From: an uncultured Flavobacteriales bacterium
GTDB lineage: Bacteria > Bacteroidota > Bacteroidia > Flavobacteriales > UBA1820
Length of the DNA: 64,000 bases
Direction: 5' to 3'
NCBI GenBank assembly: GCA_902462305.1
Contig: CABQBC010000001.1
Location: 52,561 to 116,560, forward strand
Shown: positions 39,611 through 48,487 of the stretch, one piece after another
How the letters are laid out: every line of letters begins with the position of its first letter
Position numbering within the stretch: the first letter of the stretch is position 1
The notes under the pieces: generated by a model
What the model was told of the DNA's origin: nothing
Databases searched by the model: none
Seen by the model: only the letters and a program-made list of their open reading frames with translations
Position numbers and translations under genes: made by a program

Positions 39611-41092
39611 ATGACCCATTTCATATTCCTTGGAGCACTGCTGCTCCTGACAAGTATCGTACTTAGTAAAACATCGTACCGTTTCGGCGTACCGGCGCTG
39701 CTGCTCTTTCTGGTCACCGGAATACTCGGAGGCTCGGAAGGCATCGGCGGCATAGAGTTCGACGACTACGGTTTCGCGCAGTTCATCGGCAACGTCGCCC
39801 TTATATTCATAATGTTCTCCGGAGGGCTCGAAACCAAACTCTCGACCATAAAACCGGTCCTGCGCGAAGGTGTCATACTGTCAACGCTCGGGGTACTCTG
39901 TTCTGTATTCGTAGTCGGTTACTTTGTATATCTGGTAACCGATTTTTCATTTCTGGTATCCATGCTCATAGGCTCGATAGTGTCTTCCACGGACGCGGCT
40001 GCGGTATTCGGCGTATTCCGAAGCCGTAAGATGGGCCTCAAACACAATCTGCGCCCGCTGCTGGAGCTGGAAAGCGGAAGTAATGACCCTATGGCATTCA
40101 TCATGACCACCACGTTCATATACCTGATACAATCACCCGATACATCGTTCGGCATGATGGCGCTCATGCTGTTACAGTCGATAGTTTTCGGAACTATTGC
40201 CGGATGGGCATTCGGACGGGCCATGGTATGGACGATAAACAAAATAAAGCTCGACACCGACGGCCTTTACCCGGTATTAGGCATATCGCTGGCCCTGCTG
40301 GCATTCTCGGCTACTGACCTTATAGGCGGAAACGGGTTCTTGGCCGTTTACATATCAGCCGTGATACTTGGCAACAGGAGTTTTGTACACAAAAAGAGCC
40401 TTATGCGGTTCAATGATGGACTTGCATGGCTCATGCAGGTGGTGATGTTCCTCATGCTCGGACTCTTGGTATATCCTTCGCACATAGTGCCAGTGATGGG
40501 AATAGGCATAGTGATATCGCTGTTCATGATATTCGTGGCACGGCCACTGGTGGTATTCGTACTGATGGCACTGTCTAAATTCTCGGTACGTGACAAGATA
40601 TTCATATCGTGGGGCGGACTTCGCGGAGCAGTGCCTATAGTCTTTGCCACATACGCTCTGGTATCTGGCGTACCTCATGCCGAAACCATATTCAATATCG
40701 TGTTTTTCATATCCGTATCTTCAGTGCTGATACAAGGCACCTCGCTTCCGTTTATGGCACGGATACTCAAACTCGACCTTCCTGCGAGCGACGCCAACGC
40801 GCATCCACTTGACTACGAGATATCCGAGAGTTTCCAGAGCGAACTGGTCGAAACTCGTGTGGAACACGGTTCGGCAATGGTAGGTAAGAAAATAGTGGAA
40901 CTTAAGATACCTCAGTCGGTACTCATAATACTCATTTACAGGAACGGGAAATATTTCGCCCCAAACGGTTCTACCGTAATAGAAGAAAACGACGGGCTGA
41001 CACTGATGTCCGAAAACGACGCCGATATAGGCATTATGACGCTCATGTGCGCGCCTGTCCCGGAAAACGACGCCTTGGAAAAAAAGGAATAA
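39611..41092 (+). CDS. K+/H+ antiporter (CPA1, NhaP2/CvrA-like) with a C-terminal TrkA-C domain
   Basis: 493 aa with a Na_H_exchanger-type membrane domain (ESGSNDPMA) and a C-terminal RCK_C-like region (GKKIVELKIPQSVLIILIYRNGKYFAPNGSTVIEENDGL). Confidence 0.9.
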   Translation: MTHFIFLGALLLLTSIVLSKTSYRFGVPALLLFLVTGILGGSEGIGGIEFDDYGFAQFIGNVALIFIMFSGGLETKLSTIKPVLREGVILSTLGVLCSVFVVGYFVYLVTDFSFLVSMLIGSIVSSTDAAAVFGVFRSRKMGLKHNLRPLLELESGSNDPMAFIMTTTFIYLIQSPDTSFGMMALMLLQSIVFGTIAGWAFGRAMVWTINKIKLDTDGLYPVLGISLALLAFSATDLIGGNGFLAVYISAVILGNRSFVHKKSLMRFNDGLAWLMQVVMFLMLGLLVYPSHIVPVMGIGIVISLFMIFVARPLVVFVLMALSKFSVRDKIFISWGGLRGAVPIVFATYALVSGVPHAETIFNIVFFISVSSVLIQGTSLPFMARILKLDLPASDANAHPLDYEISESFQSELVETRVEHGSAMVGKKIVELKIPQSVLIILIYRNGKYFAPNGSTVIEENDGLTLMSENDADIGIMTLMCAPVPENDALEKKE

Positions 41093-41117
41093 GGACTGTC
41101 CCGCCCATAAATCCCTT

Positions 41118-41168
41118 AAAAACGGGAAAAGCCGGAAAGGCATATGTCTTTCCGGCTTTTCCCGTTTT
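41118..41168. terminator. Bidirectional rho-independent terminator (21-bp stem)
   Basis: AAAACGGGAAAAGCCGGAAAG...CTTTCCGGCTTTTCCCGTTTT between convergent genes. Confidence 0.85.
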
Positions 41169-41188
41169 AACGCAATAAAAAAAATGCA

Positions 41189-41809
41189 TTATAATTTTAT
41201 ATCGTTCATCACCATCTCCACTATCTCGTCACGACGTGTGGACAGCACTTTCATATATTCGCGGTACGACAGATCCGACACCTCGCATATGAGCGGCCGG
41301 GCCAGAAACGGATATATGCACAACGACTGTATGTTTATAAGCAGTGTTATAGGACGTACGGGACGTATTGTTCCTCTTTCCACCTCATCATAAACGCTTT
41401 TGGCGAATTTCTTGTACACCTCCATTATGTTTATCTTGCGGCGGAATTTTTCCACTAACTTGTCCGGGCTTTGTGTTATCTCGTTGAATATGAATATCGG
41501 CACATCGGGATTTTCGAGCAGTTCGGTCAGCATGCCGTCGATCAGTTTCGGGATTTTCTCCAAAAGCGGCTCGTCGCTCATTATAGCCGGATAAACATTC
41601 CGGTACAGGCTGCTGAACGCCCTTTCGTAAACTATATGGAAGATGTTTTCCTTGCTCCTGAAATAATAATTCAAAAGAGGGGACGTAATACCGGCTTCGG
41701 CAGCTATATCGCGCGTAGTGGCCCCTTTATAACCTTTCTTTACGAACACGGTCTGTGCCGCGCGCAATATTTTTTCCTCAGCTTCGCTGGACAGGGGCTT
41801 ATTTGGCAT
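41189..41809 (-). CDS. TetR/AcrR family transcriptional regulator
   Basis: N-terminal HTH KILRAAQTVFVKKGYKGATTRDIAAEAGITSPLLNYYFRSKE. Confidence 0.9.
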   Translation of the reverse strand: MPNKPLSSEAEEKILRAAQTVFVKKGYKGATTRDIAAEAGITSPLLNYYFRSKENIFHIVYERAFSSLYRNVYPAIMSDEPLLEKIPKLIDGMLTELLENPDVPIFIFNEITQSPDKLVEKFRRKINIMEVYKKFAKSVYDEVERGTIRPVRPITLLINIQSLCIYPFLARPLICEVSDLSYREYMKVLSTRRDEIVEMVMNDIKL

Positions 41810-42029
41810 AATCTATCAAACAACTATTATTCAGACGTAAAAACTCTGCCCGTTCACAAACCGTTTTATAATTCTGTTCCGCCGGTACGGAACGAGCCGA
41901 CACTCTGGCGTTCATAAACTAATTCAAAGCATTTACAAAAATGGTGACATTTGTCCGTATCCGCAAGCGCAAATGCTAAATTTAACATAAATAATGTGAA
42001 AAAAAGTTAGTCCCTTAATCGTAAATTAA

Positions 42030-42037
42030 TACATTTG
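42030..42037 (+). promoter_or_regulatory. Candidate -7 promoter box TACATTTG, flanked by an imperfect inverted repeat (possible TetR operator)
   Basis: Fits TAnnTTTG and ends 34 nt upstream of ATG 42072. ATTAATACA (42025-42033) and TGTAATTAAT (42045-42054) bracket it. Confidence 0.45.
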
Positions 42038-42071
42038 CCAGGCTTGTAATTAATTAAAAAAAACGAAATCG

Positions 42072-43202
42072 ATGTCAAACATCCGAAAAACCGCCTTGTT
42101 GGCAGCCGTATTCTGCCTCGCTTTCTCTTCATGCGATAAGGTGAACAAACTAAGCGACCAGACTTCGGTCGAAAGTTTTCAGGTAAGCGGAATAGCTCCT
42201 GAAGGCATAACAGTTGAAGAAGTCAGAATAGAACCTACTCCTGACAATCCAAAAGGCAACAAAATAATAATAAAAACGGATGCTTCCCGCTCCGATTACC
42301 CTGTGGCAATACTTGCCGACCCGGTATTTTCAGGCCAACAGAAAATATTTTACGAACCTGTTAGCCTGTCAGGAAATACCGAACCTGTACAATGGACATT
42401 CATGGAACCGCTGGTATTCGGCTACGGCGACAAATACGTCTTCCGCCTGGTGGCCGAGAGCGGACTGGTAAACGAATACACTATCTCGCTGGAAGATGAC
42501 AGCGAAGGCGGCGGCGGATACCTTGAAGACCTGTTCCAGATCCCCAACAGCGATTTTGAATCGTGGACCGGCACTGGCACCAAAATAAACATAGACGGCA
42601 CGCCTATCGAAGGCAACAACTACTGGAGCACAGCCAATAACTTCTTCGTGCAGGGCACACACCCTGTCGACGGGCCCAACGGATTGTGCGCCGAACTGCT
42701 GACAAAAAAAGTGGACTTCGTGTACCGCACTATGGCAGCCGCCACCATGTTCACCGGTAATTTCTCCTCCACCGTAAATCTCGAAGACCCGAAACAGATG
42801 ACTTTCTTCGGCTCTCCGTTCATAAAACGCCCTGTTTCGATGACCGTCAGCGTGAACTACAGACCCGGAGCCCAGCTCCAGAAAGTGGAAAACAATAAAT
42901 TCATCAACCTCGACGGCGTCGACCGCGGACGCGCATGGATAGAAATAATCCATTTCGACGGCCCGGGCAAACTGGAATATCACGGAGACCCGGTGGAAGG
43001 CGTGACGGTACTGGGACGCGGCGAAGCGTTCCTTGACAACACCAACGGTTGGACCGACAAAACCATCGTTGTAAACTACACCGACACCAGTACACAACCG
43101 ACGCACATCGTCATTGTACTCACCTCCAGTTGGCGCGGAGACTATTTCGAAGCGGCAGAAGGCAGCCTGCTTCTGGTTGACAACGTTAAACTCAATTATT
43201 AA
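42072..43202 (+). CDS. PCMD-domain surface lipoprotein
   Basis: Lipoprotein signal MSNIRKTALLAAVFCLAFSSC. The C-terminal half is paralogous to 12303-13256 and ends LLLVDNVKLNY. Confidence 0.8.
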   Translation: MSNIRKTALLAAVFCLAFSSCDKVNKLSDQTSVESFQVSGIAPEGITVEEVRIEPTPDNPKGNKIIIKTDASRSDYPVAILADPVFSGQQKIFYEPVSLSGNTEPVQWTFMEPLVFGYGDKYVFRLVAESGLVNEYTISLEDDSEGGGGYLEDLFQIPNSDFESWTGTGTKINIDGTPIEGNNYWSTANNFFVQGTHPVDGPNGLCAELLTKKVDFVYRTMAAATMFTGNFSSTVNLEDPKQMTFFGSPFIKRPVSMTVSVNYRPGAQLQKVENNKFINLDGVDRGRAWIEIIHFDGPGKLEYHGDPVEGVTVLGRGEAFLDNTNGWTDKTIVVNYTDTSTQPTHIVIVLTSSWRGDYFEAAEGSLLLVDNVKLNY

Positions 43203-43225
43203 ACAACCGTCAGGAAAGAAAAAAA

Positions 43226-44026
43226 ATGAAAAAAAGGATATATATACTCTGCGCAATGTTCTGCCTTATCGCCATGCACGCTTCGGCGGACACAGAAAAC
43301 AGCGCGGACACCACAGTTTTAAAACGCCGTATTTCGCTTGGCGTACAGATAGGAACCGACATAGGCGGAGCGATACCCGTTCCGCTGAGCAATATACCGG
43401 ACAAGTTCAACCCGTATCCCCAACTGTCCGTATCGCTCGGCGCGAGGATAACGATACCTCTGAAAGACAGAAAATGGGCGCTCGGAACAGAAATCACCTA
43501 CAAGAAAATAGGTCTTGACGCCGATGCCCGCGTGGAAAACCAGAAGTTCGAAGGAACCGACCAGGGAGTGAAAAAAACACAGTATTACTCCGGAACTGCA
43601 AAAATGCACATGTCGTTCACAATGCTCGAAATACCTGTATATGCAAAATACGCATTCACATCAGGCGGAAGCCACAGACTTGTGTTCGGCGCATTCGGGG
43701 CGTACTATCTCGACAACGAGTTCCACGTTTCAGCAACAAAAGGCTACGTAGGCAACGAACCTGACCAGTTCGAAAACTCAGTAATGCCTGAATCACCCAT
43801 AGACATGAACTTCGATTCGTCGCTCGGCTCATGGGATGCAGGTGTCCTGGTGGGCTATGAGAAAAACATGTTCTCCAGACTGAACCTTGGCATAAGGGTC
43901 ATGATGGGCTTCAAGGATATCTTTACCAACGACAACAAATATTTCGACTACAAGATGCTCAACATGAGGGGAACCATTACCGTAAGTTACAACCTTATAG
44001 ACCTGAGGACACGTTCCAAAAAATAG
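43226..44026 (+). CDS. Outer-membrane beta-barrel protein (porin-family/OmpW-PorT-like)
   Basis: Signal peptide MKKRIYILCAMFCLIAMHASA, alternating amphipathic beta-strands and an aromatic-rich C-terminal strand. It starts 23 nt after the PCMD gene. Confidence 0.75.
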   Translation: MKKRIYILCAMFCLIAMHASADTENSADTTVLKRRISLGVQIGTDIGGAIPVPLSNIPDKFNPYPQLSVSLGARITIPLKDRKWALGTEITYKKIGLDADARVENQKFEGTDQGVKKTQYYSGTAKMHMSFTMLEIPVYAKYAFTSGGSHRLVFGAFGAYYLDNEFHVSATKGYVGNEPDQFENSVMPESPIDMNFDSSLGSWDAGVLVGYEKNMFSRLNLGIRVMMGFKDIFTNDNKYFDYKMLNMRGTITVSYNLIDLRTRSKK

Positions 44027-44065
44027 ATTCCCCGGACATGATGAGGAATGTCCGATACGTAAAAA

Positions 44066-44105
44066 GAAAAAATCGCCGGCGATAGATATTCGCCGGCGAT
44101 TTTTT
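44066..44105. terminator. Bidirectional rho-independent terminator
   Basis: AAAAAATCGCCGGCG...CGCCGGCGATTTTTT between convergent genes. Confidence 0.8.
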
Positions 44106-44122
44106 ATACTGAAAGTAAAAAG

Positions 44123-44296
44123 TTACTTAGCGGCATCGATGGATTTCTTGCGGAATTCCTTGAATTTTTTGGATATTTCCAAAGAAACCTTACGGGCACG
44201 TGTTCCAGCGGCTTTATTGCCTTTAGCTACATGAGCCTCCGCATCTTTTACGAAGTTATCGATGTCCTGTTTGATTTGATCGAGTAAATTTCTCAT
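44123..44296 (-). CDS. Histone H1-like small basic DNA-binding protein (57 aa)
   Basis: Hand translation gives MRNLLDQIKQDIDNFVKDAEAHVAKGNKAAGTRARKVSLEISKKFKEFRKKSIDAAK. The KGNKAAGTRARK core is typical of Bacteroidetes 'histone H1' mini-proteins. It falls below the ORF-track length cutoff. Confidence 0.8.
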   Translation of the reverse strand: MRNLLDQIKQDIDNFVKDAEAHVAKGNKAAGTRARKVSLEISKKFKEFRKKSIDAAK

Positions 44297-44397
44297 AATA
44301 AAGTGAATTTATGGTTAAAATATAGTGTTAATTGTCTATACCGTTATTAATGGCTCCTAAATAATTAAAACACAATAGTATTCGCTAAAATCATTTA

Positions 44398-44405
44398 CAA
44401 ATATA
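44398..44405 (-). promoter_or_regulatory. Candidate -7 promoter box (TATATTTG on the minus strand) for the histone-like gene
   Basis: Plus-strand CAAATATA, about 100 nt upstream of ATG 44296 in an AT-rich region. Confidence 0.35.
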
Positions 44406-44635
44406 TCTATATTTCCATTCACGAAGAAATATTAACATTATTTTTTTGCTTTTGCGAAAAAAATTCGTAAAAAGGAAAATCAACCTATAAATACACGAAG
44501 GGAATGACTGCCGGGCAATACGACGTCACAGGTTGATTTTCTGTTCAATCCGAACCGGAACACCTAAAGAAAGCGAAATAGAAATAAACAGCATAACAGG
44601 ATATAAAACCCGGCGTTCAATGAAGCGAACGGCAG

Positions 44636-45184
44636 TTATGGCGTCTTTGCAGATTTAACGACGCGGAAGCCGAAAAACCCTTTCTGCATAACGAAAATGC
44701 AAGGTTTGTCTTCACGCGAACGATTGTATGTAGAGAGCGGAACGGGAATCTTTTTGCATGTACCATCGGCAAAGCGTACCGTAAGATAATAGTAATGTGT
44801 GACCCTACGTGTATAACGATAGCGCCTCCCCGACCTGTTGACAATAGTTTTGGTAGTCGTCTCTTTTTTCAGCACGAGTCCTTCTTCATCATGTGCGGAA
44901 GATGAATCCGCCAACAGGGAATTACCCCCCAACAGAAATGAGTAACATACTAATCCGACGACATACACATGGCACAGTAAGTTGACAGAACCGGATGTTC
45001 CAGTCAGCCATTGCCATCTGTTGTAAAACAAAGGAACGGACAACAGCACCACAAAAGCCGATACCGCTACCGGCCACCACCATACGACAAGCGTCCTTTC
45101 AAAACACACATACCCGAATACACCCAATGCAAGCACAACAACTGCGACCAGAAAACGTCCTGCACTTATCAGTTTACTATTCAT
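44636..45184 (-). CDS. Hypothetical membrane protein (3 TM segments plus a basic C-terminal domain)
   Basis: 182-aa ORF with clear TM helices. I recognise no family. Confidence 0.5.
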   Translation of the reverse strand: MNSKLISAGRFLVAVVVLALGVFGYVCFERTLVVWWWPVAVSAFVVLLSVPLFYNRWQWLTGTSGSVNLLCHVYVVGLVCYSFLLGGNSLLADSSSAHDEEGLVLKKETTTKTIVNRSGRRYRYTRRVTHYYYLTVRFADGTCKKIPVPLSTYNRSREDKPCIFVMQKGFFGFRVVKSAKTP

Positions 45185-45374
45185 AAATCTACCGGCAATG
45201 AATTAAATCGCTCAGCAAAATTAAAGAAATATCCGCATACCGCATCCCCGCCATTAAAACGGCATTTTACGGAATATAAAAAATACCGTATTGAAATTCA
45301 TGTATAAGGTATTTTTAGTATTTTCGCGGGTGTTTTTTCAGGAGATCCGACAATATTTACTATTTATATAGCTT

Positions 45375-46172
45375 ATGAACAACATTATCAAATGCATTGT
45401 TGCCGTGTGCTGTGTAACATGTGCCATGCCGGCAACAGCTCAATTCAATCTGAAAAAGGCGATAGGCGGAGCCTCCAAAATCGCACAGGCCGCAACTCTT
45501 ACCGACGAACAGATGGCGGAATACGTCAAAGAGTACATCGATTGGATGGACGAACACAATCCTGTGTGTGACGCGGACAATCCCTACACTATCCGCTTAA
45601 ACAAACTCACCGAAGGGCTGACCGACGCCGACGGAATACCCCTTAATTTCAAAGTCTACGATGTGATCGACGTAAACGCTTTCGCTTGTGCCGACGGCAG
45701 CATACGCGTATTTTCGTCACTGATGGACATCATGACCGACGAGGAACTGCTTGGTGTCATAGGCCATGAGGTGGGACATATCGCTCACCGCGATTCCAAA
45801 AAAGGCTTCCGCACCGCCCTTTTGACTTCGGCGCTTAAAGACGGCGTGTCATCGAACGGGGGGAAGGCCGCTGCCCTGACCGAATCGCAGTTGGGCGACT
45901 TAGGCGAAGCGTTGGTAAATGCTACCTACTCGCAAAAACAAGAACGTGACGCTGACGATTACGGATATGAATTTCTGAAAAAAGCGGGCAAAAACCCGTG
46001 GGCTATGTCTTATTCATTCCGCCGGCTCAAACAAATGCAGGACGGAGCTGAAAAAAGCAGTAAAATCAACCAGTTGTTCTCCACGCATCCAGACCTGGAT
46101 GTCAGAATAGAACGCATGGAAGAACGAGCCGTGGCCGAAAACATCGAGCCGCCGGTTACAGATGGGAAATAA
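45375..46172 (+). CDS. M48-family zinc metalloprotease (secreted)
   Basis: Signal peptide, HEVGHIAH zinc motif and a downstream E/D ligand region (ERDADDYG). Confidence 0.9.
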   Translation: MNNIIKCIVAVCCVTCAMPATAQFNLKKAIGGASKIAQAATLTDEQMAEYVKEYIDWMDEHNPVCDADNPYTIRLNKLTEGLTDADGIPLNFKVYDVIDVNAFACADGSIRVFSSLMDIMTDEELLGVIGHEVGHIAHRDSKKGFRTALLTSALKDGVSSNGGKAAALTESQLGDLGEALVNATYSQKQERDADDYGYEFLKKAGKNPWAMSYSFRRLKQMQDGAEKSSKINQLFSTHPDLDVRIERMEERAVAENIEPPVTDGK

Positions 46173-46191
46173 CAGTTTTTGCAAACTGTCG

Positions 46192-46230
46192 AATACCGAA
46201 ACATGAACAATCGTGTTTCGGTATTTTTTT
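46192..46230 (+). terminator. Rho-independent terminator of the M48 gene
   Basis: AATACCGAAACA...TGTTTCGGTATT followed by TTTTTTT. Confidence 0.8.
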
Positions 46231-46272
46231 GTTCGTATATTTTATACGCAACACTATGGCCGCTTATAAACT

Positions 46273-46381
46273 ATTTAAACTTCACCGGCAGAGCCCGCAG
46301 GCATAGCCTGCTTGATATCGAATGTCTGTTGGCAATATCTGTCCAGGCGGGGTAACCCGGCCGGATTGCAGTTTATTTTAT
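46273..46381. repeat. Intergenic repeat family, copy B (full length)
   Basis: Collinear with copy A (7042-7150) over about 109 bp and contains the CAGGCATAGCCTG mini-palindrome at 46298-46310. Confidence 0.85.
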
Positions 46382-46608
46382 GATGTAAAAATTCCCCTTT
46401 GCGTATTTCAGCAATACGGCAGACAGACAACCTATGTCTTGTCATCAGGCTTTTGCAACGCGCCCTGCGGCATACATACCGGACACATCACACCGACTCC
46501 ATACGCCACTTTGCAGGCTCCCGTATCTCCTGACTTCCGGAAAAGCGGATAATTACTATTATTTACAACCGGTCCGGGAAATCATACAAGCATTCATACG
46601 TTTACCAC

Positions 46609-46655
46609 GAAAAAACGCACCCTTTTCCGGTCCTGAAACCGGCGGTAGGGTGCGC
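46609..46655 (-). terminator. Terminator of the minus-strand OMP gene
   Basis: The minus strand reads GCACCC...GGGTGC followed by GTTTTTTCG, about 80 nt after the stop at 46733. Confidence 0.55.
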
Positions 46656-46732
46656 CTGTTGTAATGAAAATAAAAATATTATAAACAATAAACCGTACGT
46701 TGCAGGCTACGCATATTATTCGATACTGCGCA

Positions 46733-47461
46733 TCAGAACAGGCTCACAAACGTTATCTGGAGCATATCTATACGGCTTTTTCTATCGAAATACACATCTG
46801 TCATACCCCATGTATAACGGAAATCGAATCCGTACCACCCGAATGTGTATCCTAAGCCCGCACCAAGGTTAAATCCGACGGAGTTCACCTGGCGTTCTTT
46901 CTTCAGATTTATCTCAGGGCTGTCGCCAAGACGGGATTTGAATCCCATCATATACGTACCCATAGGAACAAGTTGCAGACTCAATCCCTTGGCCATACTG
47001 CGGTCACGGTAACCGAAAGGATAATATTTTACCACTATCGGGAACAGCATCTGGTTTATCTTGTACGAATTCCTGACGTCTCCCCACATCTGGTACGTGC
47101 GGCCATAGTTGAACATAAGTTCCGGCGTCAGTGTAAAATGTATTTTGCGGCGGTCGTAGTACACTGTCCTTATGGTATCGACGAACCCTTCTCCTTTTAT
47201 CAGCTTGTTCCAGTAATCGGCCGTAAATATGGACGACGAGCGGTCCACTGTCTTAAGGCTCACCCTCTGTCGGCTTTTCGGGACAAAAGGAACTTCAAAC
47301 CCGAAGCCGAAATACGTGGCATAAGTACCGGGGCCAATATCTTCGCCGTTTTCGTTCAATGTCACGAAAGAAGCTCCCATCTTGGCGTGGAACTGTTGCG
47401 CCCACAAACCTGAAAAACATATTGAGGCTAATAAAGCTGTCAGAAAAATCTTTTTCATCAT
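46733..47461 (-). CDS. Outer-membrane beta-barrel protein (porin family)
   Basis: Start moved to MMKKIFLTALLASICFSGLWAQ. It has alternating beta-strand patterning and a C-terminal ...LQITFVSLF. Confidence 0.75.
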   Translation of the reverse strand: MMKKIFLTALLASICFSGLWAQQFHAKMGASFVTLNENGEDIGPGTYATYFGFGFEVPFVPKSRQRVSLKTVDRSSSIFTADYWNKLIKGEGFVDTIRTVYYDRRKIHFTLTPELMFNYGRTYQMWGDVRNSYKINQMLFPIVVKYYPFGYRDRSMAKGLSLQLVPMGTYMMGFKSRLGDSPEINLKKERQVNSVGFNLGAGLGYTFGWYGFDFRYTWGMTDVYFDRKSRIDMLQITFVSLF

Positions 47462-47797
47462 TATTGATTTAGTGTCGTTATATTGTGTTTTACTGTTATG
47501 ACGCAAATATGGCTGCAAAAGTTACACCCATAGGTTTATTTAACAGAAAAAAAAGCCGGCGGATCATCACTCGTCCACGCATTGGCTCTTTCAACGCCAA
47601 ATGTTCGTTATATGGTTAAGTGCCAAACGATGCATCTATATCATAAAGAACGAATTACAGACAAAGCATCTTTTGCAGTCCTTAAATCGGGCATCATCTC
47701 TCTAATTATCGTATTTTTGTCGAGCACAACGCACATTGGACAATTAAATATAAGACGGTTTATTTAAACAAAATCCATATTTCGCGACAATAGCCCG

Positions 47798-48388
47798 ATG
47801 AAGATCATCACATGCATAAAACATCCCGTGCACTGCTTCCTAAGCGCTTTTTATTACATAACCGGCAATACTATAGGAAGGATATTCTACCCCCCCCCGC
47901 TATATAACTCGCGGTGGTTCAATAAGATAACATCACAAGGATGGAAATGGGCCGCAAAAGGACTGATACATCAAAAACTGCTCGGTACAAACTCGAAAGC
48001 ATGGTGGCCCGTAAATAGGCACCAGCGGATTGTAAACCCAAGCAACATTTCCTTTCATGTAGACGATATCAACAATTTCCAGATGCCGGGAACTTATTTT
48101 CAGGCTTTCGGGAAAATAAATATCGGAAGAGGCTCCTACATAGCACAGAATGTAGGAATAATCACGGCAAACCATAATTTGCACGACCTCGACTCGCATT
48201 CCCAACCGCGTGATGTAAATATAGGAGAAAAATGCTGGATAGGGATGAACAGCGTTGTCCTGCCGGGGGTGACACTGGGGCCTCACACGATAGTCGGGGC
48301 CGGTTCGGTCGTGACAAAAAGCTTTCCCAAGGGGAACTGCGTTATTGCCGGAAATCCGGCAAAAATAATCAGACATCTACCGGGCTGA
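47798..48388 (+). CDS. Hexapeptide-repeat (LbH) acyl/acetyltransferase
   Basis: 196 aa. The C-terminal IGEKCWIGMNSVVLPGVTLGPHTIVGAGSVVTKSFPKGNCVIAGNPAKII is typical of the LbH_MAT/WcaF type. Confidence 0.85.
   Translation: MKIITCIKHPVHCFLSAFYYITGNTIGRIFYPPPLYNSRWFNKITSQGWKWAAKGLIHQKLLGTNSKAWWPVNRHQRIVNPSNISFHVDDINNFQMPGTYFQAFGKINIGRGSYIAQNVGIITANHNLHDLDSHSQPRDVNIGEKCWIGMNSVVLPGVTLGPHTIVGAGSVVTKSFPKGNCVIAGNPAKIIRHLPG
47890..47898 (+). repeat. C9 homopolymer tract inside the acyltransferase coding sequence (codons Y-P-P-P)
   Basis: Read directly as TAC CCC CCC CCG. It is the only G/C run of this length I saw in the window. Confidence 0.9.
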
Positions 48389-48423
48389 CAGCAACCTGAC
48401 AAGATTACAGAGGATTTCTATAT

Positions 48424-48471
48424 AAAAAGCACTGTCGTCCGGAATTTCCGGACGACAGTGCTTTCTTTTTT
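48424..48471. terminator. Bidirectional rho-independent terminator (16-bp stem)
   Basis: AAAAAGCACTGTCGTCCGGA-ATT-TCCGGACGACAGTGCTTTCTTTTTT between convergent genes. Confidence 0.85.
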
Positions 48472-48487
48472 GTATCTGTCTGTGTTA

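Noticed and set aside
46382-46608. About 230 bp with no ORF between repeat copy B and the OMP terminator, considered as a small-RNA gene
   Set aside because: I found no promoter box plus terminator pair and no convincing conserved structure. It cannot be supported from sequence alone.
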